A DNA stretch of 64,000 nt from the human T2T-CHM13v2.0 reference genome, Homo sapiens, in assembly GCF_009914755.1 (NCBI RefSeq), contig NC_060926.1; one strand, written 5' to 3'. Shown here piece after piece: positions 12,987 through 24,286 of the stretch. How positions within the stretch are numbered: position 1 is the first letter of the stretch; every line of letters begins with the position of its first letter. A program made the position numbers and the translations under genes. The notes beneath the pieces are model-generated. The model was not told the origin of the DNA, did not search any database, and was given only the letters and a program-made list of their open reading frames with translations.

Positions 12987-15099
12987 CTCTGTTCTCCATT
13001 CAACGCATTGAAACTACAACTGGAAACGGTAGAGGACATTTCTGGGAATAATTTACATAAGAAGGGTGATTTACATGCGGGATACTCAGGTCTGCAGAAA
13101 TGCCTTGACCCCATGTCAAAGATGAACAGCTTCAAAACCTTACCAGGTGATGGGTGGCAAGACCATTCTGCAAACATTTACTTCGCCCTGCCTGTGTGGC
13201 CTTCACCTACGTGCTTTACAAATAAGAACTCACTTACCCGGTGAACAACCCCAGGCCGTGGGAACTACTCCCCGGGGTGTTCATCTGGTTCCTTTTCTCA
13301 TTAATTAAGTGACCCACCTGACTAGGCTGAGTAACGCCCACCTGCTACTCTAAGGAGCCCAGGGCATGAGTGGGGGTCCCTGCCAGGCGCTGCCTGCAGT
13401 CGGCCGTATCTCAGCCCCTACCCTCCATTTACTTGTTGCGCAGCCTCGGCTAGGGGCCCTGACTGCTGCGAACATTGCTGCCCCATCTGTGCGTCTCTCA
13501 GGCTGAGGTGAGCATGGAAAGGAGCTACATGAAAAGGCGTGTTTCACGGTGGACTTGAGCCCTTGGACGGCACTAACCAAGCGGCACTTCCTCGGCCCGT
13601 CCCTGCGTTCTCCAGCCATTCATGGAATGAGGGGGCACAAGCCAGTCAGGGCTGCACCAGCACTCCCATTTCAGGGCCCCAGCCCACCCTGTGCTCCCAG
13701 GCCTCCCTCACTAGGGAACTGCCCTTCCTAATCATCCCTGGGAATAACAGGAGGGTCTGCACCTGTGGTTGAACTTCACCTGGTCCCACCACCGTCCCCA
13801 GGCTCACTCAGTCTGTCTGTGGGGACTCCAGGTACGAGGCACAGGCCCCAGAGGCCCAGGGGAGTCTGAGATGGAAACGAGAGGAGGGGGAGACGCAGGT
13901 GGATGGCAAAGGCCACCTGCATCCCTGCATCCTGCCCCATCAGCTGCTGCCATCCACACCACATGCAGACTGTGGTTGGTGCCACTGCCCACATGCCCTG
14001 CCCTTGGACCATGGGCCCCATGCTGCCCAACCAGGAACCTCCTCCAAGCTACCACTTCTCTGCAGGAGCCAGGGGAACCTGCCTTTAACCTGTGGCCAGC
14101 CAGCCCTCTGAGAGAGTACCCTCCCTCCGTGCAGAGCTGCTCTGCCCAGGGCACCATCTCTCCTTAATCCAAGCCCTGTCCTCCCCAGTCCCCACAGCAC
14201 CCTGGCAGGAGCAGGCTGGGAGGCAGCCAGGCCCAGCTCACCCTCTTCCTTCCTCACGACTTCCGACCCCTGAGGTTGGCCTGGCCTGGCCTGCTCTACC
14301 GGAGGCTCCACTTGTGGCCATTTCTTTAAGGGGAGGGGCCTTCCCCTCCAGCTGAGTCCGCTTCAGGGCCCCCAGACCATCAGCGAGGTCGGCCCACCTC
14401 CAAAACCCAACTACATACAGGATTCAGGCAAGCCCGGAAGATCAAGCAGATGGAAGGCCATGTCTGCCCCAGCAACCCCATAACTGGCAACCCCATAAGC
14501 CCCACAGAGGCTGCCCTGTGCAGGGAGGAGGTCACGGGGGGCACTGCCCAACCTCCCGCCAGCCCATTAGCCTCACCTCCAGCCAACAGAAGCAATCTGG
14601 CAGACAGCATAAACCTTGGTTGATACGTGAGTTCACCTGTGCTCTGAGTACATCGAACCATTTTTTTATGCCTACAGAAGGAAACAGTGACATCTGCTTG
14701 ACATCAAACTACTTTCTGGACAGTGACTCGACACCCATGTTCTCACTAAAACAGGAAAATGTGGGTTTGCCAGCATTTGCTAAAGCAAATGTGACACACA
14801 GCACTTTAGGAGGTAGTTTTTAAAAATCAGCATTATACACCTCGCAACCGATCATGTCAGAAATTAATTAACACCCCTCACTCCAAAAAATCTTCATCCC
14901 TTCATTCTTTGGAAATCTGATGATTTTCTGACTGATGTAATTAGGTTTCCAATATTTTTTCCCACACTGGAATATCAAAAACACTCTCTTATAAAAATAT
15001 TCAATCAATTTATCTGTAAAAACATATTTGTCAGTAAATACTGGGAAGAGGTCGGAATAGTCTGTCACCTTGAGCCCAGCGAGGTAGCGTAGGATACAG

Positions 15100-15335
15100 G
15101 GATGCAGGGCCAAATGGACATCATACCAGGCAAGGTCGGAATCCCCGCTTGTGGCCTGCTGGCTGGGATCCTGGGCAAGGTGTCACTTACAATCCCTAAG
15201 CCTCAGTCTCCCCAGCTGCAAAATGTAGACAGATACCAATGCTTCTCTTCTGGGGATTTTTAAAATAATAAATGAGATGGAAATGAATGCACATATCATG
15301 CAGCCTAAGAGATAAGGTAGACACTCAACAGAAGC
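15100..15335 (+). mobile_element. MIR
   Basis: 'atcctgggcaagg...ctaagcctcagtctccccagctgcaaaatg...aaatgagatg...cactcaacag'. Confidence 0.75.
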
Positions 15336-18300
15336 GAGTTTAAAGAAGGTATGGAATGGTGAATGCCCAGGCACGAGGGTCGGGACAGCGGCCTGCTCAT
15401 CTGTGCAACTGCAGGAGGCTGCTCCGCTGACCTGACGCGCAGAGCTGTGAGGTGAACCAACACCATGATGCGAAGTTACACACAACCCAGGAAGTTTAGG
15501 TGTGTTCCATCACATGCCAAACGATTCACTGGAATCAAACACCTCTCACTTATATCCACGTCTCTGGCTAAAAAGAAGTAACAGGACCTCATCCTCTTAC
15601 TAGTCACCGCAGCGCAGCCTGGAGCCTATCAGCTGCAGTTTTGCAAGTAGCTTTTTGTAAGGACGGAGAAAAGAAAAATAAATGTTACTATTTATCTTTC
15701 TATTTTTATGTATTTGTATGATTTCTATGGAGCCCATTCTGGTTCACCATTTTCTTGTAATCACCTTAGAAGAGGAAAGGGATGTGTTGTGGTTTATGCC
15801 TTTCCGATTCTTTAACTGTGAGAAAAAAGGGGAGATGCAGCAGTAATTCCAAAACACTCTTCCTTCCACACTGACCGCCCTGCTTAGCCCCTTTAAACCT
15901 GAGTCCGGAGCCTCACAGGTTGCAAAGCACCGTGGTGGTTACCCACAGCTACAGACAAGTTGGCAAAACCTTAAGGAGGCTCCACGCTCCCTCACGCACA
16001 CAGAGGAACTCGGACCCGGTCTCCCAACTCCTCGCCCGGCCTCGTTCCCATCCTCCAGGTGCCTCGAGGCGGCATCTCAGGCTTCACACGAGCCACACCC
16101 TGGCATGAGGAACAGGATGGGCCGCGGGTGAGTGGCCCTGGGAAGACTGGCCCCGCCTCTCTGCTTGTCTCCCCCAACTTGAATCTAACCTGCTCCAGGG
16201 GAAGAGGGGCTCTGGCCAACTCGCTCACAACCCTGACCGCGCCTGCAGATGGGAAGGGCTCAAGGCTGCGAGCAAACGAGGTTGCCTTGTCTAAGTCAGC
16301 TACAAGTATCCGCTCTGATTTTAACATCAGCAGGCCTGTTTTGTTCAGGGGAAGCTCTTTCCTTCACTCCCATGAGAGGCCACTGGCATGGCTTCCACAA
16401 TATGGCTCCTAGAGGTGATGGCACCCAGAGGGACATGGCCAGTGCCACAGTGAAAGCTGTGCCTTCCAGCGCACTCAAGGAGAGGCAGCTCCTCTCAGCC
16501 TCAGGACATGAGAAGCTGCATGCCCAGGTTAGAGGTCTGAGCACAAGCAGCCAGTGCCACCCGCGCCTCCTCCTGTGGTCATTTCCAGGAGCCGCCTGTG
16601 CAGCTGCTGCTGCTGGACGCTCTTCCTCCCCTTGATCTCCCTCCTTCTGGTGACTCATCCCTGTACCTGGCCTCCAGCTTGGGGTGCTGTCTCCTACGTG
16701 GTCCTCTAGGAGAACCCAAGCACCATACCCACCCCCATCCACATAAAGCCATGTTCCCTGGGCACAGCACCCTGTCCTTGCCTTCATGGCTGGAATGCAC
16801 ACCACACTCCCTGGTCTTTCGGTACTCGAGGTCTGGCTCACACAGTTGAGTGGACACAAACATCCACTCAACAACTTGGAAATCAGGGAAGTCAGATTTC
16901 TCTTCTTGGCCCAAAAGTGCCCTCTGGTTGTGGTGGCTGGGACCTGCCCTCCTTCTCGGTGTCCCTCCAGGAAGGCTGGAGATTTGTTTACAGAAATCCA
17001 GTGAGCGTGCACATTTCCTGAGAACATAGGGCGAGTTAGTGAGCACTTCTCAAAAGTCAGAAGTCTTCATTATGAAAGGTAAACAGATCCAGGGATTAGG
17101 CGCCTGGGAATACTTACATCTGTTTCATGAAAAGGTAAAGCAAAGCAAAACGATGGAAAAAGGCACATAAAAGAGAGCAACTGGAGTGGTGAGATGAAAA
17201 AACTGAGGAAAAATCTGGAAATTTAGTCAGCGGCTCCAAAAAGTCACTATTATCACACAGTGCTCATGAGCAACACCCACGTATACAGGAACGCGTGCCT
17301 GGAAGGGCTCAGTAGATCGAACTAGCTCCCTTCAGACGGTCAAGGCGGAAACAGCATTGACATTCATTATGTTACAATGTGGAATATGCCAAATATTCTT
17401 ATTTTTACCTGTCCAACCATCCCAAATTAAAATTTTATGTTGAAACTTGATTCTGAAATAAATTATTTGGATTTTCCATATCTTTTCAAATGTAACTGTG
17501 TTTATTTCAAATTCCTATAGATCAGAGAGAAAAAACAAACAAAAAATAGTTTTAACAAAATGAGAGATTAAAACCAAAGTTTCTGCGGGATGATAGAGAC
17601 CCTTTTTAAGCACTAGAGGGGCTCACATGAATGGAACTGAGTGTTAGGTGGAAATGCCAAGTTCAAATGCCAGGATGCTTTAAAAGGGGCACTGCGTACG
17701 TGGAAATGAGAATTTTATATTCAATGCCACAGAAAAAGCTCACTGATGAGAGCCAGTTGGTGCAGCCGTCAAGTGAAGGGGGAATCCCTGCAAAGATCAA
17801 ATAAGTAAGTTTATGAAAATTCTAGGACAAACCAGCCAACAGGAGAGCCAAGTCAGCTCCCTGCTGGGTTGGTGTCGGCAACCATCACCAGCCCCGGGCC
17901 ACCGTCAGGTGGGGGCACTGCCCCTCTGTGCAGCTTGCACAGAGGCCTGAAGATGGACAGCTCTGCGGACATGGCTAGCAGCTGCCCTGGACTGAACATG
18001 CTTTTACCCTCAGACCAAGTGGTGAAATCTGTCTTTCCAGCCTTTTGTGTGGAAAAAACAAAAAACACAGCCCCACAGACTTCAATGAGCCCGGCACTTC
18101 CTTTCTTGTGTTCCCTCGTCACTCCCTCCCACCTGGTGCATAAACATACCCAGATTGCGGTCTCTGTCTCGTTAGTCATCCCGTTCATTCCCTCATGTTT
18201 AACCTTGAAACCCGACTGCCAATGCACTGACATCGGTGCCTACAGACGGCCGCACGGGCTGCTGCGCCGGCTCCTGGCAGGGTGTGTGCTTTGATGGGCT

Positions 18301-19342
18301 CTGGGGGCAGAGCCAGCTGGCGGCGGCAACTCCGTTGCCCAGGGAACAGCCATTGAAGTGTGCGCTCCCGAGTCTGCACCAGGCCGGCGCCTGTCGCGGT
18401 GCTGGCTGAACCTCGGCGCTGCAGGGGCTGTGCCCGGCGGGTGCCCATTAGTGCTCTCTGTGCTCCAGGAACAAGGAGCAGGTCCAGAGGCCCCGCTCTT
18501 CCCACTGACAAACGGGCTTGGTTTGCTGCCTTATTAATGACTACGCCACTCTCACCACCCAAACAAAATGCACAGAGTAGGAGGAAAGAATTAGCTTCGA
18601 GGAGGTGCTCTTACTATTTTTAGACAATGCCTGTCAGCTACAGAGCAGCGGAATAGCCCTGAATACCTAGGGGTGATCTGTCCTTTTACTTAATGCAAAC
18701 TCTGCTTTATTTTCCTTATTTATTCCATTTTCAGTGCCCCCCAACCCAATTTAGTCTTCCCTGTCTTTGCAGTCCTCATTTGGAGAATATATGAAACATA
18801 CCAGTCCTTGCCACTTTGAGGAATCAGGGGAAGGCCAGCTGCCCCAACCCTTGGCTCCCACTGCCATCACAGTGATGAGGCTCTCCTGGGGCAGGGACAT
18901 CCTAAGAGGGTCCATGCAGCAAATGCACCTCTCAGCACCACCACGCTGGGCTGGCCTCCTCCCCACACCAGCAGCATGGCGCACTGGTCCGAGCAGCCAA
19001 GTAACACTGCGCCAACAAACATGGAGGCACCCGAGGGGCTGCGAACCACCAGGCCCACCTCCTGCCCTGACCACCCCTCCTAGCAGGTGGCGGGGCCACT
19101 CCTATCTCCTCACTCTGCAACCCAAGCTGAGGGGGAAGCTGCTGCCTCCGCATTGCCTGCAGTGGCACAAGAGGACTGAGAAGGAGCTCACACCCAGAAG
19201 TGATGCACCACGTTCACACCCGGCACACTGGCCAAAACTCGCCATGCCTTCCCCCAGCTGCAAAGGACGCCCAGACGGGCAGGAGAGCCAGATACCAGCG
19301 AGCACCACTAGTTAAAGAGGGGAAGAAAAGAAAAGGGAAAAC

Positions 19343-19660
19343 TGCTGGGCACAGAGGCTCCAATCTAATCCCAGCACTTTGGGAGGCCAAGGCAGGTGGA
19401 TCATTTGAGGTCAGGAGTTCAAGACCAGCCTGGCCAACATGGTGAAATCCCATCTCTACTAAAATACAAAAATTAGCCGGGCGTGGTGGCGGCTGTCTGT
19501 AAATCCCAGCTACTCAGAGGAGGCTGAGGCAGGAGAATCACTTGAATTCCAGAGGCAGAGGATGCAGTGAGCCAAGATTGCGCCATTGCACTCCAGCCTG
19601 GGTGACAAAGCGAGACTACATCTAAAAAAAAAAAAAAAAAAAAGAAAGAAAGAAAGAAAA
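19343..19660 (+). mobile_element. Full-length AluS (Sx/Sq-like) with A/GAAA tail
   Basis: Complete Alu body; TSD about aaagaaaagggaaa at ~19327-19340 and 19661-19674. Confidence 0.95.
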
Positions 19661-19766
19661 AAAGAAAAGGGAAAGCAACCACCTGAGGATGTGCGAGGGA
19701 GCGGTGCAGAGGCCCAGGGCTGTCTCCCCAAGACGCAGGCCAGGAAGCAGACGTGCAAATGGGAGA

Positions 19767-20180
19767 GCCCACAGGCACAGAAGGCCGCGGCACGGCTGCA
19801 GGTAAGGTGGGCACATGGAGATGGGGCCGGAGGCCGCCCACAGGCACAGAAGGCCGTGCCACGGCTGCACGTAAGCTGGGCACATGGAGATGGGGCCGGA
19901 GGCCGCCCACAGGCACAGAAGGCCGCGCCACGGCTGCACGTAAGCTGGGCACATGGAGATGGGGCCGGAGGCCGCCCACAGGCACAGAAGGCCGCGCCAC
20001 GGCTGCACGTAAGCTGGGCACATGGAGATGGGGCCGGAGGCCGCCCACAGGCACAGAAGGCCGCGCCACGGCTGCACGTAAGCTGGGCACATGGAGATGG
20101 GGCCGGAGGCCACCCACAGGCACAGAAGGCCGCGCCACGGCTGCACGTAAGCTGGGCACATGGAGATGGGGCGGGAGGCC
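19767..20180. repeat. 69-bp GC-rich VNTR, 6 copies
   Basis: Unit gcccacaggcacagaaggccgcgccacggctgcacgtaagctgggcacatggagatggggccggaggcc starting at 19767, 19836, 19905, 19974, 20043, 20112. Confidence 0.97.
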
Positions 20181-20274
20181 GGGTCTTGAGCAGTGTGCAG
20201 ACCACGGACAGTGGTGCAGAAAGGGAAACAGAACCCAAATGTACTCAATCTCTATTATGTGCCTGCACTTTGCA

Positions 20275-20430
20275 TTCTTCAGCCCATCTAATGTCACTCC
20301 ACAAAGCAGATGTTATTTCCATTCTGTTGATGAGAAAAGTCAGGGGCAGAGAACGGTTCACTTCTCAGGATACAGTAACTCAAATGGAGCCAGGATTCCA
20401 ACTCGAGTCTGCCCAACTCCAAATCCATTT
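20275..20430 (-). mobile_element. MIR
   Basis: 'gatgttatttccattctgttgatgagaaaagtcagggg...ggagccaggattccaactcgagtctg'. Confidence 0.7.
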
Positions 20431-20604
20431 CCCCGTGTCATTATCCTGCCTTTCCGCTTGTGGCAGGAAGGAGCACACAGTTGGGAAAGGGGGGCCCGCC
20501 AGCAGCAGAGTCAGAGGAAGAGAAGGTGGCTGCGAGAGGACAGAGTGCAGAGGCCCCGGGGTAGATCGTGGTGAGGTCACTGTGAGAAGGGAAAGCGGGT
20601 GTCA

Positions 20605-20770
20605 GAACCACGTGACCCAGCAACTCTCCCCAAGAAAGAAGAACAGACGTGTAGGTATGGATCTTCAATACAGCATTGTACAAGGGCAAGATAGTGAAAG
20701 TCAATGTCCCCCAATGGAGAAGTGGTTAAATACACAGGGACACGTCAGACCACCATGGAAAATGTCCTCG
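20605..20770 (+). mobile_element. Old L1M 3' fragment
   Basis: 'gacccagcaactc...cagcattgt...aatgtcccccaatggagaagtggttaaata...ccatggaaaa'. Confidence 0.55.
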
Positions 20771-21322
20771 TGAAAGATGGCTGCTCACTCCATCTCAGGG
20801 CAGGCCGGACAGTCCCCCGAGGTCAGCGAGCCTGTGGCCCTCACTGCCTCTGTCTCCACACAAACCGGAGACACCCAGCCCAAGAGGAAGAACCTGGGAC
20901 AGGGCAGGGGAGAAGCAGGCTCCAAGCACACCCTGGAGCAAACCTCAAAGTCAGGGCTGGGGTCAGAATGGGGGCCAGGAAACAGAGCCAACACCCTCCC
21001 ACCCCCCCACCCCCACCCCCACCCCCCAGGTCCCAGCTGTGGTGGACGGGAGCAGCAACACCCACCGCCTGCCCAGCTGCAGCGAGTGAGCACTGGCCAC
21101 GGCCTCTGCTTCTATCAAGGCTCAGGGCAAATTAAACACTGAGCGTTGGGGACTGAGCACTTCTAGCTTCAAAACAGGAGTTTGCTTGTTTTCTTTCAGA
21201 AGTGCTCCATAAGAATTAAAGTGTTGGAGTCCAAAGAAAGCTCTGCCGACCACATGGAGGCAAAGCTCAGGAGGCACTGGTGGAGCCTCAGCTTCTGATG
21301 CTGCGCAAGAGTTACTAACACA

Positions 21323-21622
21323 TGGAGCAGAAGTCACCGATGTCTCCGGGACCCTCGCACGGAGCAGAAGTCACCGACTGTCTCCGGGACCCTCGCACGG
21401 AGCAGAAGTCACCGACTGTCTCCGGGACCCTCGCACGGAGCAGAAGTCACCGACTGTCTCCGGGACCCTCGCACGGAGCAGAAGTCACCGACTGTCTCCG
21501 GGACCCTCGTACGGAGCAGAAGTCACCGACTGTCTCCGGGACCCTCGCATGGAGCAGAAGTCACCGACTGTCGCCGGGACCCTCGCACGGAGCAGAAGTC
21601 ACCGATGTCTCCGGGACCCTCA
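21323..21622. repeat. 38-bp VNTR (CGGAGCAGAAGTCACCGACTGTCTCCGGGACCCTCGCA), 8 copies
   Basis: Direct tandem repeat; first and last copies share a 1-nt deletion. Confidence 0.97.
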
Positions 21623-22472
21623 CTTTGGAAGCAGTGCCCTGCCCTGAGGACATGGGGCAGCCGGCTGTAGGTGTTCCAGCTGTGGCTCCATCTTCCTAGC
21701 TGAGAGCCAATGCCAGCTGCAGCCACTGGGAGTGAACAAACCTTCCCAGGACTCCAGCTTTTTCCAGCCAAGCCCCCAGGCACATGGAGCAGACACAAGC
21801 CACACCTGCTATCCCTGCCTGATTCCCCACCCTCAGAACCCATGAGCAGCACAAAAGGTTGTTTTTATGCTAATAAAAAAAAATAGGTTGGCCTCATTTA
21901 CAAACCCAGGGTGATTCGACAACTGCCGTCACCGTGCCTGCCTGTGTATGACGTGTACACACACTGCTCCTGTGTAAACGTGTGGCCGTGACATGGCCTC
22001 CGTTCAGCTCCAGGTGTCAAGTGCCAGATTCCAGGAAGCCCCAGGAGTGGGCCCAGAAGGAGCAGTGCCAAGGACCCCCGGGGGTGGGGCCATCCTACCA
22101 GGCATGTCCTGGGCACATGGGAAGACCGAGAGGTGAGGGACACTTGGTGTCCGTGACAGGGAAAGGCTGAGGCATCAGGCTTCGGGCTGTGTCTACCTTG
22201 GTGACTCTGGAAGAGTTTTCATAAGCACTTGTCATATGTCATATGCAGTGTGCTCCAGGGGAGCAGGGGATCTCACAGTCCAGAGTGCCCCGCAGAGCAC
22301 CCGAGACAGCGGCTGGCAGAGCACAGGCAGCAATGCCCCAGAGGAACAAGCCAGCCCCTGCGTCCCCACGTGCTGAGTCCATCCTCCCAGCAGCTCCAAG
22401 AGGCGGAGCTATCAATTTCACATACAGACAAGGAAACCAAGGCTTGGAGAGTTGAAGCCACCGTCCAAGAAC

Positions 22473-22742
22473 ACACCAGAGTGCCAGCCGGCAGAGGGGG
22501 CTGTGGGGAGCACACAGAGTGCCAGCCAGCAGAGGGGGCGGTGGGGAGCACACAGAGTGCCAGCCGGCAGAGGGGGCGGTGGGGAGCACACAGAGTGCCA
22601 GCCGGCAGAGGGGGCGGTGGGGAGCACACAGAGTGCCAGCCGGCAGAGGCGGCGGTGGGGAGCACACAGAGTGCCAGCCGGCAGAGGGGGCGGTGGGGAG
22701 CACACAGAGTACCAGCCGGCAGAGGGGGTGGTGGGGAGCACA
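22473..22742. repeat. 38-bp G-rich VNTR (CACACAGAGTGCCAGCCGGCAGAGGGGGCGGTGGGGAG), 7 copies
   Basis: Direct tandem repeat. Confidence 0.97.
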
Positions 22743-22765
22743 TCACACCTAGACCCAGCTGCAGC

Positions 22766-23561
22766 ACCAAGCTCGTTCACCACGCTCTAGAAAACTCATT
22801 CAACATGTTCCACAAAGCTCGTCCACCACACTCCAGAAAGTTCGTTCACCACGCTCCAGAAAGCTCGTTCACCACACTCCAGAAAGCTCATTCACCACAT
22901 TCCAGAAAGCTCGTTCACCACACTCCAGAAAGCTCGTTCACTGCGCTCCAGAAAGCTCGTTCACTACGCTCCAGAAAGCTTGTTCACCACAATCCAGAAA
23001 GCGTGTTCACCACGCTCCGGAAAGCTCGTTCACAATCCAGAAAGCGCGTTCACCACACTCCAGAAAGCTCGTTCACCACACTCCAGAAAGTTCGTTCACC
23101 ACACTCCAGAAAGTTTGTTCACCACGCTCCAGAAAGCTCGTTCACCACAATCTAGAAAGCGCGTTCACCACGCTCCAGAAAGCACGTTCACCATGCTCCA
23201 GAAAGTTCATTCAGGCTCCAGAAAGTTCGTTCACCACGCTCCGGAAAGCTCGTTCACCACAATCCGGAAAGCGCGTTCACCACGCTCCAGAAAGCTCATT
23301 CACCACGCTCCAGAAAGCTCGTTCACCACGCTCTAGAAAGCTCATTCACTATGCTCCAGAAAGCTCATTCACTATGCTCCAGAAAGCTCATTCACTATGC
23401 TCTAGAAAGCTCATTCACCATGCTCCAGAAAGCTCATTCACCATGCTCCAGAAAGCTCATTCAGCATGCTCCAGAAAGCTCATTCACCATGCTCCAGAAA
23501 GCTCATTCAGCATGCTCCAGAAAGCTCATTCAGCATGCTCCAGAAAGCTCATTCGGCATGC
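22766..23561. repeat. 23-bp minisatellite (CTCCAGAAAGCTCGTTCACCACG), ~34 copies
   Basis: Direct tandem repeat with a 5'-to-3' variant gradient. Confidence 0.97.
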
Positions 23562-24269
23562 TGTAGCCCCTATGTACCCAGGCGGTGGAGGGGCCAAGGT
23601 CGTGTGCAGAGGGTACTGAGTAAGGAGTAGGCTGCCTGCACTAAGGGGTAATTGCCATGAGAGCTCCTTGTGGCCCCTCACAGGGTTCCCCTCTCCTCCC
23701 CGTGGCCCGAGTCTGCTGTAGGTAAGGTTGTCGCAGGGTGCATCCTGACGGGGTGGCATCCTGATGCGGTGGCGTCATGGCAGATGAGAGCAGCGGGTGG
23801 GGCAGGGCCACAGTCTCCCGCCGCCACCTGGGGCCTTGGCACATGCTTGTCCTGCCACCCTTCAGATGCTGCTCTGGAAGCAGGTGTGCTATTTCCAAGC
23901 CCTGCCTCTCTGCTAGCCTGGAGGTCTTCCAAAACGCAGGCCACCCTCATACCTCATTGAAACACTGAACCCAAAGCAAGTTTTGGGACTCTAGCAGTTT
24001 AGGAAATTGTCATTGAAACTATCCAAGTTCTTCGAAAGTGACCACAGGGCGAACAAGGAGGTGATGTGAAATACCACGTTATAGCTGAACATGAGTCTCA
24101 CGTGGCTGGGGCTGCTGGGGTGTCCGGAAAGTTCTTTTGCTTCTCTGACAGGTGGCAGAGTAAAAGACAGTTATTAATGATGTAAGAACACAAGCCAGGA
24201 AGAAAAGCACTTCTGAGGACAAAACCAGGGTGTCACTGTGGCCCTTACAGGGCAGATGCGGCCTGGAAT

Positions 24270-24286
24270 CTGTTGCTAAGCAACAG
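24270..24286. promoter_or_regulatory. Palindromic RFX X-box-like site
   Basis: CTGTTGCT-A-AGCAACAG: perfect 8-bp arms around one base, containing GTTGCTAAGCAAC. Confidence 0.45.

Noticed and set aside
13144-13502. Minus-strand donors (CGG|GTAAGT at 13238, CTG|GTAAGG at 13144) and a possible 24-nt microexon at 13144-13167
   Set aside because: The microexon acceptor has almost no pyrimidine tract, and such motifs are expected by chance in 64 kb.
20194-20215. REST/RE1-like sequence (gcagaccacggacagtgg)
   Set aside because: The left half lacks a core base (CAG-ACC versus CAGCACC); only a half-site.
19473-20773. 23-aa repeat ORFs open in five frames
   Set aside because: GC-rich 69-bp VNTR joined to an Alu; openness in many frames argues against coding selection.
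21323-23561. CRISPR-like appearance of 23-38-bp repeats
   Set aside because: Units are head-to-tail without unique spacers, the context is mammalian, and there are no cas genes.
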